From contig JBAYIT010000003.1 in assembly GCA_041665485.1 (NCBI GenBank), forward strand, positions 67,146-131,145: 64,000 bases of DNA. Direction: 5' to 3'. The notes below the pieces were generated by a model. It ran no database searches and was not told where the DNA came from. It worked only from the letters and a program-made list of their open reading frames with translations. Shown here piece by piece: positions 28,080-36,967 of the stretch; the stretch's first letter is position 1; every line of letters starts with the position of its first letter. The stretch is from Candidatus Shapirobacteria bacterium. GTDB taxonomy: Bacteria > Patescibacteriota > Microgenomatia > UBA12405. The position numbers were made by a program, and so were the translations under genes.

Positions 28080-28789
28080 TTATCTCTATTTTTAACCACT
28101 ATTACCGTTAATATTAAAAAGACTGCCATAAAAGACAAGAAAAACAGCAAGTTGTTAAGCTCAATTAGTCCTCCTCCCATTTTTCCGGCTCTAAAACCTA
28201 AACTTAATCCTGCCACCATTTCCCGCCACTGGCCGTCAATTCTTGACAACAGCATCTCCTGAGAAAAAAGATTATTAATCAATAGAGTCAATGTGGTTAA
28301 TATAAAAGCCACCACCGGTTGTGACGTCAGGCTAGACATAAACAAACCCAGCGCCAAATATCCCCAGGCCAATAAAATTGTTGTCAACCATTGGGAAATC
28401 ATCGGCCCATAATCCGGCCGGCCCAAGAAATAAACCGTTAGCACTGCCGGTATTAACATCGTCATAACCGAAGCCAAATAAACCGCCACTCCCACAAATT
28501 TTCCCACCACCATTTGCCATTCGTTAATCGGGCTGGTCAGCAACACTTCCCATGTTCCTGATCTTTTCTCTTCAGACAGTAGCCCCATTGCCACTGCCGG
28601 CACAAAAATAGACAGTAAAAATGCCATGGTAGTAAATAGTGGCCCGGCGTCAGCCTGTCCCAAAATAAACAAATCGTTAAAAAATAGCCAATTAGCAATT
28701 ATTAGCAATAAACCGGCAAAAATGTACCCGGTGGGGCTACCCCACCACCCCCGCCATTCTTTAATTGCAATCGCTTTAATGATTCTCAT
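28076..28789 (-). CDS. ABC-2 type permease (GldF-like)
   Basis: Six TM helices are predicted. Its stop overlaps the downstream gene start. Confidence 0.6.
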   Translation of the reverse strand: MRIIKAIAIKEWRGWWGSPTGYIFAGLLLIIANWLFFNDLFILGQADAGPLFTTMAFLLSIFVPAVAMGLLSEEKRSGTWEVLLTSPINEWQMVVGKFVGVAVYLASVMTMLIPAVLTVYFLGRPDYGPMISQWLTTILLAWGYLALGLFMSSLTSQPVVAFILTTLTLLINNLFSQEMLLSRIDGQWREMVAGLSLGFRAGKMGGGLIELNNLLFFLSFMAVFLILTVIVVKNRDK

Positions 28790-28974
28790 TTTAAAATTTA
28801 AAATTTAGAATTAAAAATTTTCTTTTATTGCTATCGCTTTAACTATTTTCATATTTAGAAATTAGAAATTAGAAATTAGAAATTGGAAATTTCTTTCGCA
28901 ATTGCTTTTATTATCTTCATTTTATTTGGAAATTAGAAATTAGAAATTGGAAATTTCTTTTTGGACTTTTTGGA
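28790..28974 (-). repeat. Tandem degenerate duplications of the permease gene 5' end + upstream region, with (GAAATTA)n microsatellite
   Basis: On the minus strand, ATGAAAATAGTTAAAGCGATAGCAATAAAAG (start at 28852) and ATGAAGATAATAAAAGCAATTGCGAAAG (start at 28920) mimic the real start ATGAGAATCATTAAAGCGATTGCAATTAAAG (28789). Each is preceded by AAATTTC/TAATTTC repeats. Confidence 0.65.
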
Positions 28975-29661
28975 CTAATTAGTAAGTTCTACGAACCTTT
29001 TCTCAAGATTCCGGATTTTTTTAGTTTCCTCATCCAGCACAATCCTGCCCTGACTAATTATCACTATCCTGTCGCAAATTTCCCTGGCTTCAGTCAGAAT
29101 ATGAGTCGACAAAATTACCGCCTTATTTTTGGCTATTTTTTTAATTAGCTGTCTGATTTCTATAATTTGGTTCGGGTCTAGTCCGGTTGTTGGTTCATCC
29201 AAAACCATCAGTTTAGGGCTACCCAAAATTGCCCCCGCCACTCCTACCCTTTGTTTAAATCCCCGCGACAGAGTATCTATTTTCTGGCCAGTTACCTCTG
29301 TCAGTCCGCACTCACTTATCACTTTCAACACTTCGGCCTCAATTTTAGCAATCCCCTTAATTTGAGCCATAAATTCCAAATACTCCCTCGTTTTCATTTG
29401 GCCGTATAGCGGGTTATTCTCCGGCAAATACCCAAGATTTCTTTTGTATTCCACTCCTCTTGTGTCAGCCTTCTCTCCCTTCCAGGCAACTTCTCCCTCG
29501 CTGGCTCGGTAAAAGCCGGTAATTATCCTCATTAAAGTTGTTTTCCCTGCACCATTTGGGCCAAGAAGTCCCACTACTCCCGTCCTTCCAATCTCCAAAT
29601 CCACCCCATCCAAAGCAATCTTTTCTCCAAATTTTTTGGTTATTTTTCTCAACTCCAACAT
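28975..29661 (-). CDS. ABC transporter ATP-binding protein (GldA-like)
   Basis: Walker A is GPNGAGKTT, the signature is LSRGFKQR and Walker B is LMVLDEPT. Confidence 0.85.
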   Translation of the reverse strand: MLELRKITKKFGEKIALDGVDLEIGRTGVVGLLGPNGAGKTTLMRIITGFYRASEGEVAWKGEKADTRGVEYKRNLGYLPENNPLYGQMKTREYLEFMAQIKGIAKIEAEVLKVISECGLTEVTGQKIDTLSRGFKQRVGVAGAILGSPKLMVLDEPTTGLDPNQIIEIRQLIKKIAKNKAVILSTHILTEAREICDRIVIISQGRIVLDEETKKIRNLEKRFVELTN

Positions 29662-29695
29662 CTTGTCCTAGTATCTAACATCTGGCATCTAAGAT

Positions 29696-30559
29696 CTAGT
29701 AACTAATTTTTTCTTGCCAGTGATGATCTACTTTTACCTCAAGATCCAAGAAAATCTTCCTCCCCGACATTATCTCCAATTCCTTTCTGGCGTCATGGCC
29801 AATTTGTTTAATCTTTCTTCCCTCCCGTCCGATTATCATTTTTTTATACCTGGTGGCATTGGTCAGGATATTAGCCCTCACATAAATCAACTTTCTCTTG
29901 TCTTTGACCTCCAGCACCTCGACGTCAGTTGAATAGGGGAGCTCTTCTCTCAGGCAAAGATAAACCTTCTCTCTAATAATTTCGCTAATATACAGGTTCG
30001 ACCCCATTGCCATTTGTGGCCCATTCTTCCTCTCTATCTCTTCATTTGATTCTGGCAACAGTTCAAAAATTATGTTAACCAATCCCTTCACAAATTTATC
30101 CCTAATCGAGCTCACTTCAATTGATTTATCAAATTCGTCTTCCCAATATAAATATTCGTTTCGATGGTCTTTACTCCCCACTGCCTTATCCATTTTATTA
30201 AACACTAGAATTTTCTTGGCCTCCGCTTTTCTGGCCAGGGCTAGTGTTTTATTATCTTCTTCGTTTTTTGGTCGGGAAATGTCCACCAGCGCCACCACTA
30301 TCTCTGCTCCCTTAATTGACTTCGGCGCAATTGTATTAATTTTTTTACCCATTAGATCGTCAACTTTACCCATAACCCCCGGAGTATCTGTCAGTCTAAA
30401 CCAGCCTCGGTCATCCTCGTAAAGAGTTGTTGTCATCCGCCTGGTTGTTTGGGGTAGGGGAGAGGTAATCGCCACCTTTTGATTCATCATGGTGTTAATC
30501 AAGGTTGATTTCCCCGTATTGGGTCTGCCGATTACTACCACTGTCCCGCCTTTTTTCAT
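29696..30559 (-). CDS. era: GTPase Era
   Basis: G1 is GRPNTGKST, with DTPG and NKMD motifs. A C-terminal KH domain is present. Confidence 0.9.
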   Translation of the reverse strand: MKKGGTVVVIGRPNTGKSTLINTMMNQKVAITSPLPQTTRRMTTTLYEDDRGWFRLTDTPGVMGKVDDLMGKKINTIAPKSIKGAEIVVALVDISRPKNEEDNKTLALARKAEAKKILVFNKMDKAVGSKDHRNEYLYWEDEFDKSIEVSSIRDKFVKGLVNIIFELLPESNEEIERKNGPQMAMGSNLYISEIIREKVYLCLREELPYSTDVEVLEVKDKRKLIYVRANILTNATRYKKMIIGREGRKIKQIGHDARKELEIMSGRKIFLDLEVKVDHHWQEKISY

Positions 30560-30669
30560 TACTCCTATTGTACCCCCTTTTCTTTCTAGGATCTAAGATC
30601 TAATATCTAGGATCCAATTATTCGTTTATCCGTTGACAACTTAGCAATGCCAATGTTAGACTGCTAACA

Positions 30670-33060
30670 ATGCCTGAAAACATACCTCTCTCTAATCAAA
30701 CGACCACTCTCGAGCCGGTCCGCAAGGTTTTACCTCTCATCCCGCTACGCAATGTTGTCCTTTTTCCTTCTGTGGAAACTTCCCTATTTTTTGGTCGTAA
30801 AGAGTCAACCAACGCTCTTCTTCACGCCTACGATCACACCAATCGTCTGGTTATTATCACTGCCCAAAAACAGTTCAAAACCGAAAAGCCGGCTCTGGCT
30901 GATCTTTACACTGTCGGTGTTTTGGCTAAAATTCAACACATTCTTCAGAGCGACGGCAATCTTCACGCCATTGTCCGTGGCCTTTCCCGAGTCAATATTG
31001 TCAATCTAACCTCTTCCGAAGATCGATTAATGGCCGAGTTTGTTGATTTACCTATCATCCCCGAGTCGGCCACCGATGTTCAGCAGGCCGCCGAGGCCCT
31101 CTTGAGTCAGCTCAAAAAAGCTTTTGCCTCCGGCCGGCAATTCGACCTTCCGGCTATGTTGCAGTTAAGTACTGGTATCAGTAGTAGCGATCTAGCCGAC
31201 CAAATCGGTTTCGCTGTCGAGGCTAAAGTTGCCGAAAAACAGGATCTTTTAGAAACTCTCATGGTCAGCCAGAGGCTGACTAAAGCCACTGAATTGCTTA
31301 TTGGTGAGATGAAAACCAACGAGCTCGAACGCTCAATCGAGCAGAAAACTCAGGAGAAGTTCAACAAACACATGCGTCGCAACATTCTTGAAGAGCGCAA
31401 ACATCAAATCGAAAAAGAGCTCCGTAAACTTGGCACCAAAACCAGAAAAGACGACGACGATTTTTCCGATCTTCGCCGTAAAATAAAAAAGATCGATCTT
31501 CCCGAAACTATTCGCAAGAAGCTTCAAAAAGAGCTTCATCGTCTTGAAGATATGGGCCCCATGGCTCCCGAGTCAAGTTATATCCGCACTTATTTGGAAA
31601 CCGTCACCGATCTTCCCTGGGGCAAATACGCCAAAAACCACGTCACTATTTCTCAAGCTAGCGGTATTTTGGAAGAGGATCATTATGGCCTAAAAGATGT
31701 TAAAAACCGCATTCTTGAATATCTTTCTGTCCTCAAACTTAAATCAAAAAATAAAGACACCACCAGCGCCACCAGCAATATCCTCTGTTTTATTGGCCCT
31801 CCCGGTGTTGGTAAAACCTCCCTTGGTCGTTCCATTGCCCGGGCTCTTGGTCGTGATTTTGTTCGCGCCTCCCTAGGTGGTATCCGCGATGAAGCCGAAA
31901 TTCGTGGTCATCGTCGGACTTATGTTGGCGCCATGCCCGGCCGAATTGTTAAGGGCCTCAAAGACGCCGGTAGTTTTAATCCGGTCTTTATGCTCGATGA
32001 AGTCGACAAAATTGGTGCCGATTTTAGGGGCGATCCATCTTCGGCTCTCCTAGAAACCCTCGATCCCGAGCAAAATCGTGAATTCTCCGATCATTACCTC
32101 GATTTCCCCATCGACCTTTCTCGGGTTTTCTTCATCCTCACCGGCAACGACATTAGCACCATTCCCTACGCCCTCAGGGATCGCTTGGAAATCATTAGTT
32201 TCTCCGGCTACACTCCCGAAGAAAAGCTCCATATTGCCCAAAAATATCTTATTAGCAAACAACTCAAATCCAATGGCCTTGTTGCCGGCAATATCACTCC
32301 CATTACTGCTAATACCCTCAAATATCTTATCGATAAATACACCCGCGAAGCCGGCGTCCGCAATCTCGAAAGAACTATTGCTAGTCTTTTTCGCAAAGTT
32401 GCCAGAAAAATTGTTTCCAAAAAAACCAACAAGGTCGACCTAAACGATCTGGCTCTTATTCGCAAAATGTTGGGCCCGGAGAAATTTCAAAGCCAGCTTA
32501 AGGGTAAAAAAGATGATGTTGGTGTTTCTACTGGTTTGGCTTGGACTAGTGTTGGTGGCGACATTCTCTTTATTGAAGTCAATATTATGCCGGGAAAAGG
32601 CCAGTTAATTCTTACTGGCAAGCTTGGCTCGGTCATGAAAGAATCCTGTCAGGCCGCTCTTTCTTATGTCCGAAGCCAGTCCAAAGAGTTTGGGATCAAA
32701 CAGGATTTTCACAAAATTGATATTCATATTCATGTCCCCGAAGGCGCCACTCCAAAAGATGGGCCTAGTGCTGGCGGCGCCATCACCACTGCCCTTATTT
32801 CTGCCCTAAAAAATCAACCTATTCCTCGCCATGTTGGTATGACCGGCGAAATCACTCTTCGTGGCAACATTCTCGAAATTGGCGGTTTAAAAGAAAAGTC
32901 TCTGGCCGCCCATCGTGCCGGTTTAACCACTATCTTTATTCCCAAAGACAACAAAAAATCCCTTGTCGACGTTCCTCTTGAAGTCAAAAAAGCTCTCAAA
33001 TTTATCCCCGTCGACCACTATTCCCAAATCTACCGCCACCTTTTTGCTCTAAATTCGTAG
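30670..33060 (+). CDS. lon: ATP-dependent protease Lon
   Basis: A LON N-domain (LPLIPLRNVVLFP) precedes the AAA+ domain (GPPGVGKTS) and the Ser-Lys protease domain (PKDGPSAGGA). Confidence 0.95.
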   Translation: MPENIPLSNQTTTLEPVRKVLPLIPLRNVVLFPSVETSLFFGRKESTNALLHAYDHTNRLVIITAQKQFKTEKPALADLYTVGVLAKIQHILQSDGNLHAIVRGLSRVNIVNLTSSEDRLMAEFVDLPIIPESATDVQQAAEALLSQLKKAFASGRQFDLPAMLQLSTGISSSDLADQIGFAVEAKVAEKQDLLETLMVSQRLTKATELLIGEMKTNELERSIEQKTQEKFNKHMRRNILEERKHQIEKELRKLGTKTRKDDDDFSDLRRKIKKIDLPETIRKKLQKELHRLEDMGPMAPESSYIRTYLETVTDLPWGKYAKNHVTISQASGILEEDHYGLKDVKNRILEYLSVLKLKSKNKDTTSATSNILCFIGPPGVGKTSLGRSIARALGRDFVRASLGGIRDEAEIRGHRRTYVGAMPGRIVKGLKDAGSFNPVFMLDEVDKIGADFRGDPSSALLETLDPEQNREFSDHYLDFPIDLSRVFFILTGNDISTIPYALRDRLEIISFSGYTPEEKLHIAQKYLISKQLKSNGLVAGNITPITANTLKYLIDKYTREAGVRNLERTIASLFRKVARKIVSKKTNKVDLNDLALIRKMLGPEKFQSQLKGKKDDVGVSTGLAWTSVGGDILFIEVNIMPGKGQLILTGKLGSVMKESCQAALSYVRSQSKEFGIKQDFHKIDIHIHVPEGATPKDGPSAGGAITTALISALKNQPIPRHVGMTGEITLRGNILEIGGLKEKSLAAHRAGLTTIFIPKDNKKSLVDVPLEVKKALKFIPVDHYSQIYRHLFALNS

Positions 33061-33283
33061 ATTCGTAAATTCTAGATTCCTGTTCTCATATCCCATAACT
33101 TGATCTATATACATATTTAATATATAATTTCGCCAATCTTTTCCCACCTAAAAACATTGGCGTTTTAACCGTGGTTAAGGAGGTTCTTTAACAATCGACC
33201 GCATTGGTTTTATATTATTTTGGTTATTGGTTATTGGAATTTGGTTATTTCCGTTGGAAGGACTCTTTTAAATCCACTACTTC

Positions 33284-33328
33284 AAACTTTTTGGACTTTC
33301 TAACTTTCAAACTTTTTGGACTAAATAG
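33284..33328. repeat. (TTTTTGGACT)n direct repeat, left flank of GC-rich insert
   Basis: The sequence AAACTTTTTGGACTTTCTAACTTTCAAACTTTTTGGACTAAATAG is near-identical to 34701..34738 and to 28957..28977. Confidence 0.7.
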
Positions 33329-33399
33329 TGGCTTTACATGAGCCCTTCCAACAATTCGGTTGGTAAGGTACCTAGGCCTGCTCGGCCAGGAGGTGCGCC

Positions 33400-34581
33400 A
33401 TGAAGCGCAAGTTCTCTCTTCCGTTGTTCGGGTTGTTCTTGGCCGCCCTATTGTTTTTGGGCATCGCATCGACTGCCGAAGTTTTGGCAGATTCGCCAAT
33501 CGTTAGCACCAGTTCCTGGTGTTCGAGTGATGGGACACCCATCGTCTCACTGCAAGCCGTCAACACCTTTTCTGGTCCGATCTGGACAGGTATGGGCGCG
33601 GGCGACTTCTTCCCGATGATTGTCGGCTACGATGGCCCGAGTTCGATTTACGGTGGCTATGTTTTCCCTGGCTACGCGAGTTCCATTTGGGGCACACCCA
33701 AAACCGTATTTTTGTCGCGCAACATGAACTACTGGTTCGACCTCTTTGAAGGGGATTACAACACTGGTCCAGGCCGTGTTATCACCTACACAGACGGTTG
33801 GACGCCTGCATGTGGTAGCTCCATCACCCAGACTGCACCAGCGACTATCACTCTCGGCGAAGTTATCACCTACGAGCTCGAGACGGCGCATCAGTTCCGT
33901 CTCCCGTATATGTCAGTCGAAACTACTGTTCCCGAGAATATGGACTTCATTGGTATCGGTACGATCACCCCACCCAACTCTCGATGTGCGAGGGGTGCCG
34001 CAGGTGGCTATGATTCCAAGACACGGATTCTCCGTGTTGGTACCGGTACCGGAATCTGCGCCGGTGACAGTCTCAAAGTCACCTACATGCTGAAGCCCAA
34101 AACGGCAGGGACGTCTGTCATCACTGCTTGCATTAGCCCTTCCAAGAGCCAGTGTGTGAACACTACGACGACAGTGGTAGATACCGAACCGATCTGCGAC
34201 TTGCCATTGAACACAACGTGGCAGGACGCCTTGGCCGTGACCAACGGTGGAGTCTATACCACCAGCCTGCCCGGGCAACTGGGTCTCGACGGTGTTTGGT
34301 ATAGCCTCGTGCTGACACGGACGTCCGATCTAAGCATCCTCGTCGAGGACCTGAGCGGTGGCGCGAGTGGGGACATTGCTTTTTACGACCGGCAGGGTTT
34401 GCCCGTATCTCGGCTGTCGACAACATCGACCGATGATGCGGCACTTCTCTGGCCGGGTCTGCCTAAGGGTGAGTATTGGGTGAAAGTTTCCCAACACAAT
34501 CCCGAGATCTGTCCTCGTGTCCGGGTGACCATCGGCTGGGTCAATTGGAGAGCGACCTTTCTCCCCCTGATCCAGCGCTAA
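33400..34581 (+). CDS. Secreted protein of foreign (visibly GC-rich) composition with C-terminal PPC (pre-peptidase C-terminal)-like domain
   Basis: Signal peptide is MKRKFSLPLFGLFLAALLFLGIASTAEVLA. The C-terminal segment, YSLVLTRTSDLSILVEDLSGGASGDIAFYD...GEYWVKV, fits the PPC pattern. The base composition differs strikingly from the flanks, and nested other-frame ORFs are GC artefacts. Confidence 0.55.
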   Translation: MKRKFSLPLFGLFLAALLFLGIASTAEVLADSPIVSTSSWCSSDGTPIVSLQAVNTFSGPIWTGMGAGDFFPMIVGYDGPSSIYGGYVFPGYASSIWGTPKTVFLSRNMNYWFDLFEGDYNTGPGRVITYTDGWTPACGSSITQTAPATITLGEVITYELETAHQFRLPYMSVETTVPENMDFIGIGTITPPNSRCARGAAGGYDSKTRILRVGTGTGICAGDSLKVTYMLKPKTAGTSVITACISPSKSQCVNTTTTVVDTEPICDLPLNTTWQDALAVTNGGVYTTSLPGQLGLDGVWYSLVLTRTSDLSILVEDLSGGASGDIAFYDRQGLPVSRLSTTSTDDAALLWPGLPKGEYWVKVSQHNPEICPRVRVTIGWVNWRATFLPLIQR

Positions 34582-34700
34582 ACCTAGCGACTCGGTTTCT
34601 TACCTGTTGTTTTAGGTAAGAGATCGAGTCCCCCTAGGGGGACTCACCAACACCAACCAACAAGCTCCAATGCGGTCGATCTCTCAAAATTTTGTCTTTA

Positions 34701-34738
34701 ACTTTTTGGACTTTCTACTTTTTGGACTTTTTGGACTA
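34701..34738. repeat. (TTTTTGGACT)n direct repeat, right flank of GC-rich insert; supplies ArgS stop codon
   Basis: ACTTTTTGGACTTTCTACTTTTTGGACTTTTTGGACTA is read from the sequence. The ArgS TAG stop is the CTA at 34736-34738. Confidence 0.7.
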
Positions 34739-36421
34739 CATCCTCTCCACCACCTCAATCCCCAGCAACCCAAGTCCTTTCTTAATCGTCTGCGCTGTTT
34801 TTTGGGTTAGCCACAAGCGCCATTCTTCCTCCGGTTCGCCAATTATCCTATATTTATTATAAAACTCGTTGTATTTTCGAGCCAAGGCCAGAAGATATTC
34901 CGCCACCACCGATGGCGCCAGCCTCTCTCCCGCCTCAACTATCTTTTCCGGAAACTTCCCCAACTCCCTCACCACCCCCATTTCCTCTGCTTTTATATTT
35001 TCCAAATTCTTAGTTCTTAGCTCTGTGTTCTTAGTTCTAGATTTAGCGAGCAAGCTTGCGCAGCGAGCGTAGGTATATTGCAGGTACGGCCCCGAATCGC
35101 CATTCAAACTCATAATCTTGTCCCAATCAAAAATCACATCCTTTTTTGGGTCAGAAGATAGATCACTAAATTTCACCGCTCCGATTGCCACTGCTTTAAT
35201 CATTGCCTCTTTCTCTTCGGCCCCCATCTCTTTTGAAATTTTTGACGTTTCAGCAATCTCTCTGGCCGCTTTAATGGCGTTATCAATCACATCCGAAAGA
35301 TGGATAGTATCGCCTTTTCTGGTAGAAAATTTCCCAGTCGCCCAGCGAATCAGCCCGTGTCCAAGGTGATAAAACCCCTTTGATGGTTCCCAGCCCATTA
35401 ATTTCGCCGCCGCAAACACTTGCTTAAAATGCAAATTTTGTTCTGAGCCAACTTCGTAAACAATTAAATCCGGCTTCCAGGTTTCCATTCTATATTTAAT
35501 CGTTGCCAAATCACGGGTAAAGTAGGTCGTCGCATCGTCTGTTTTCAAAAGCATCGCCGGTGGCAAATCATCAAACTCAACGATCAAGGCTCCTTGGCTC
35601 TCGGAGGCCAACCCCCTCTTTTTGAATTCTTCCACAATCTCCTGCCACATCGACGAATAAAAAGCCTCGCCCAGAGCATAATCAATTTTTACTCCAAGCA
35701 TTTCATATACTCGGTTAAATTCTGCCAAAGATATGTCCACACATTTTTGCCAAATCTCTCCTGCTTCTTTATCTTTTTTCTCCAACTTGGCAAACCACTC
35801 TCGCCCCTCATCTTTTAATTTCTCGTCTTTTTCCGCTTCCTCGTGAAATCTAACATATAGTTTTTCTAGGTCCGCAATTGCCATCTCTTCCACTGGTTTG
35901 TCACCCCAATGTTTAATAGCACAAATCATTTTGCCAAACTGCGTTCCCCAATCGCCCAGGTGGTTGTCGCCAATGCATTTCCACCCCAAAGTTTGGTAAA
36001 TGTTATAAATTGCTTGGCCGATGTTGGTTGATCTTAGGTGGCCAATTCCAAACGGCTTGGCAATATTAGGAGCACTATAGTCAATCACCATTGTTTTCCC
36101 TTTACCTGTTTGGGGAATTTCTTGCTTTTCTGCACTTTCAATCAAATACTCCGGTTTTAAATAAAAATTAATATATCCCCCAACCACTTCAATTTTTTCT
36201 ATCACACCATCCGAAGCCTTGGCGAAGGATTGGTCTAGTTTTTCTTTTATTTCATTAGCAATTTCGACAGGGGATTTCTTTAATTCTTTGGCTAGTGTCA
36301 TTGCCACATTAGTGGTGTAATCGCCAAAATTCTCATTAGTTGTTCTGGTAACCTCCGCCTCATGTCCGGCTTGTTCTAATGCTTCTTTAATATATTTTAC
36401 TGCCATGGCTAATTCTACCAA
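34736..36421 (-). CDS. argS: Arginine--tRNA ligase
   Basis: The HIGH region is SAPNIAKPFGIGHLRS. The GDSGPYLQYTYAR region and a C-terminal DALR-type anticodon-binding domain are present. Length is 561 aa. Confidence 0.9.
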   Translation of the reverse strand: MVELAMAVKYIKEALEQAGHEAEVTRTTNENFGDYTTNVAMTLAKELKKSPVEIANEIKEKLDQSFAKASDGVIEKIEVVGGYINFYLKPEYLIESAEKQEIPQTGKGKTMVIDYSAPNIAKPFGIGHLRSTNIGQAIYNIYQTLGWKCIGDNHLGDWGTQFGKMICAIKHWGDKPVEEMAIADLEKLYVRFHEEAEKDEKLKDEGREWFAKLEKKDKEAGEIWQKCVDISLAEFNRVYEMLGVKIDYALGEAFYSSMWQEIVEEFKKRGLASESQGALIVEFDDLPPAMLLKTDDATTYFTRDLATIKYRMETWKPDLIVYEVGSEQNLHFKQVFAAAKLMGWEPSKGFYHLGHGLIRWATGKFSTRKGDTIHLSDVIDNAIKAAREIAETSKISKEMGAEEKEAMIKAVAIGAVKFSDLSSDPKKDVIFDWDKIMSLNGDSGPYLQYTYARCASLLAKSRTKNTELRTKNLENIKAEEMGVVRELGKFPEKIVEAGERLAPSVVAEYLLALARKYNEFYNKYRIIGEPEEEWRLWLTQKTAQTIKKGLGLLGIEVVERM

Positions 36422-36432
36422 AACTACTTAGT

Positions 36433-36618
36433 TTATTCTCTGACTTGTGGCATCTCGGTCATAGCCATTAGTTCAATTTCTCGATAGTCAGTTTCTCCAG
36501 TAAGTGCCGGATTTCTGCCAACGATATTCACACCATCGGGATCAGTGTCACAAATAACAGCCATTGTGTACGGATTTCTTTCCTCTAATCTTTTCAAAAT
36601 TAATTCTCCCTGAGTCAT
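36433..36618 (-). CDS. Small hypothetical protein (61 aa)
   Basis: It is an ORF only. Confidence 0.25.
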   Translation of the reverse strand: MTQGELILKRLEERNPYTMAVICDTDPDGVNIVGRNPALTGETDYREIELMAMTEMPQVRE

Positions 36619-36637
36619 CCGTGCGATAATATCACAA

Positions 36638-36943
36638 ATGCAAAAAGATTTAGTTGACCAAGTTTACGATGCCCTAAAAAAGGTCTACGACCCCGAAGTC
36701 AACGTCAGTATCGTCGATATGGGTTTAATTTACGATGTTCGGGAAAAGGAGGGCAAAGTTACTATTGACTACACTCTTACCAGTATGGGTTGCCCCCTCG
36801 CTTTTGAAATTGAAGGTCTTGTTAAAACTGCTATCAAAAAAATCAAAGCCATTAAATCACTAAAACTCAAGCTTGTTTGGGACCCACCTTGGGACCAATC
36901 CAAAATGTCTCCCACCGCCAAAGCCGAACTAGGAATTGAATAA
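36638..36943 (+). CDS. DUF59/MIP18-family Fe-S cluster assembly protein (SufT-like)
   Basis: Motifs VYDPEVNVSIVDMGLIY...TLTSMGCP match the MIP18/DUF59 family. Confidence 0.7.
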   Translation: MQKDLVDQVYDALKKVYDPEVNVSIVDMGLIYDVREKEGKVTIDYTLTSMGCPLAFEIEGLVKTAIKKIKAIKSLKLKLVWDPPWDQSKMSPTAKAELGIE

Positions 36944-36967
36944 AAGATCGGTTGTATAATCTATCTT

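Noticed and set aside
28790-28974. A possible CRISPR-like array of short spaced repeats.
   Set aside because: The repeat units are only 7-8 nt with no unique spacers. The region is better explained as degenerate tandem copies of the permease 5' end plus a microsatellite.
33245-34444. Five additional ORFs (33245..33499 -, 33547..33891 -, 33746..34093 +, 33913..34278 -, 34163..34444 -) overlapping the GC-rich gene.
   Set aside because: They are typical stop-codon-poor artefacts of GC-rich DNA. Their products are Arg/Pro/Gly-rich low-complexity and overlap a coherent signal-peptide protein.
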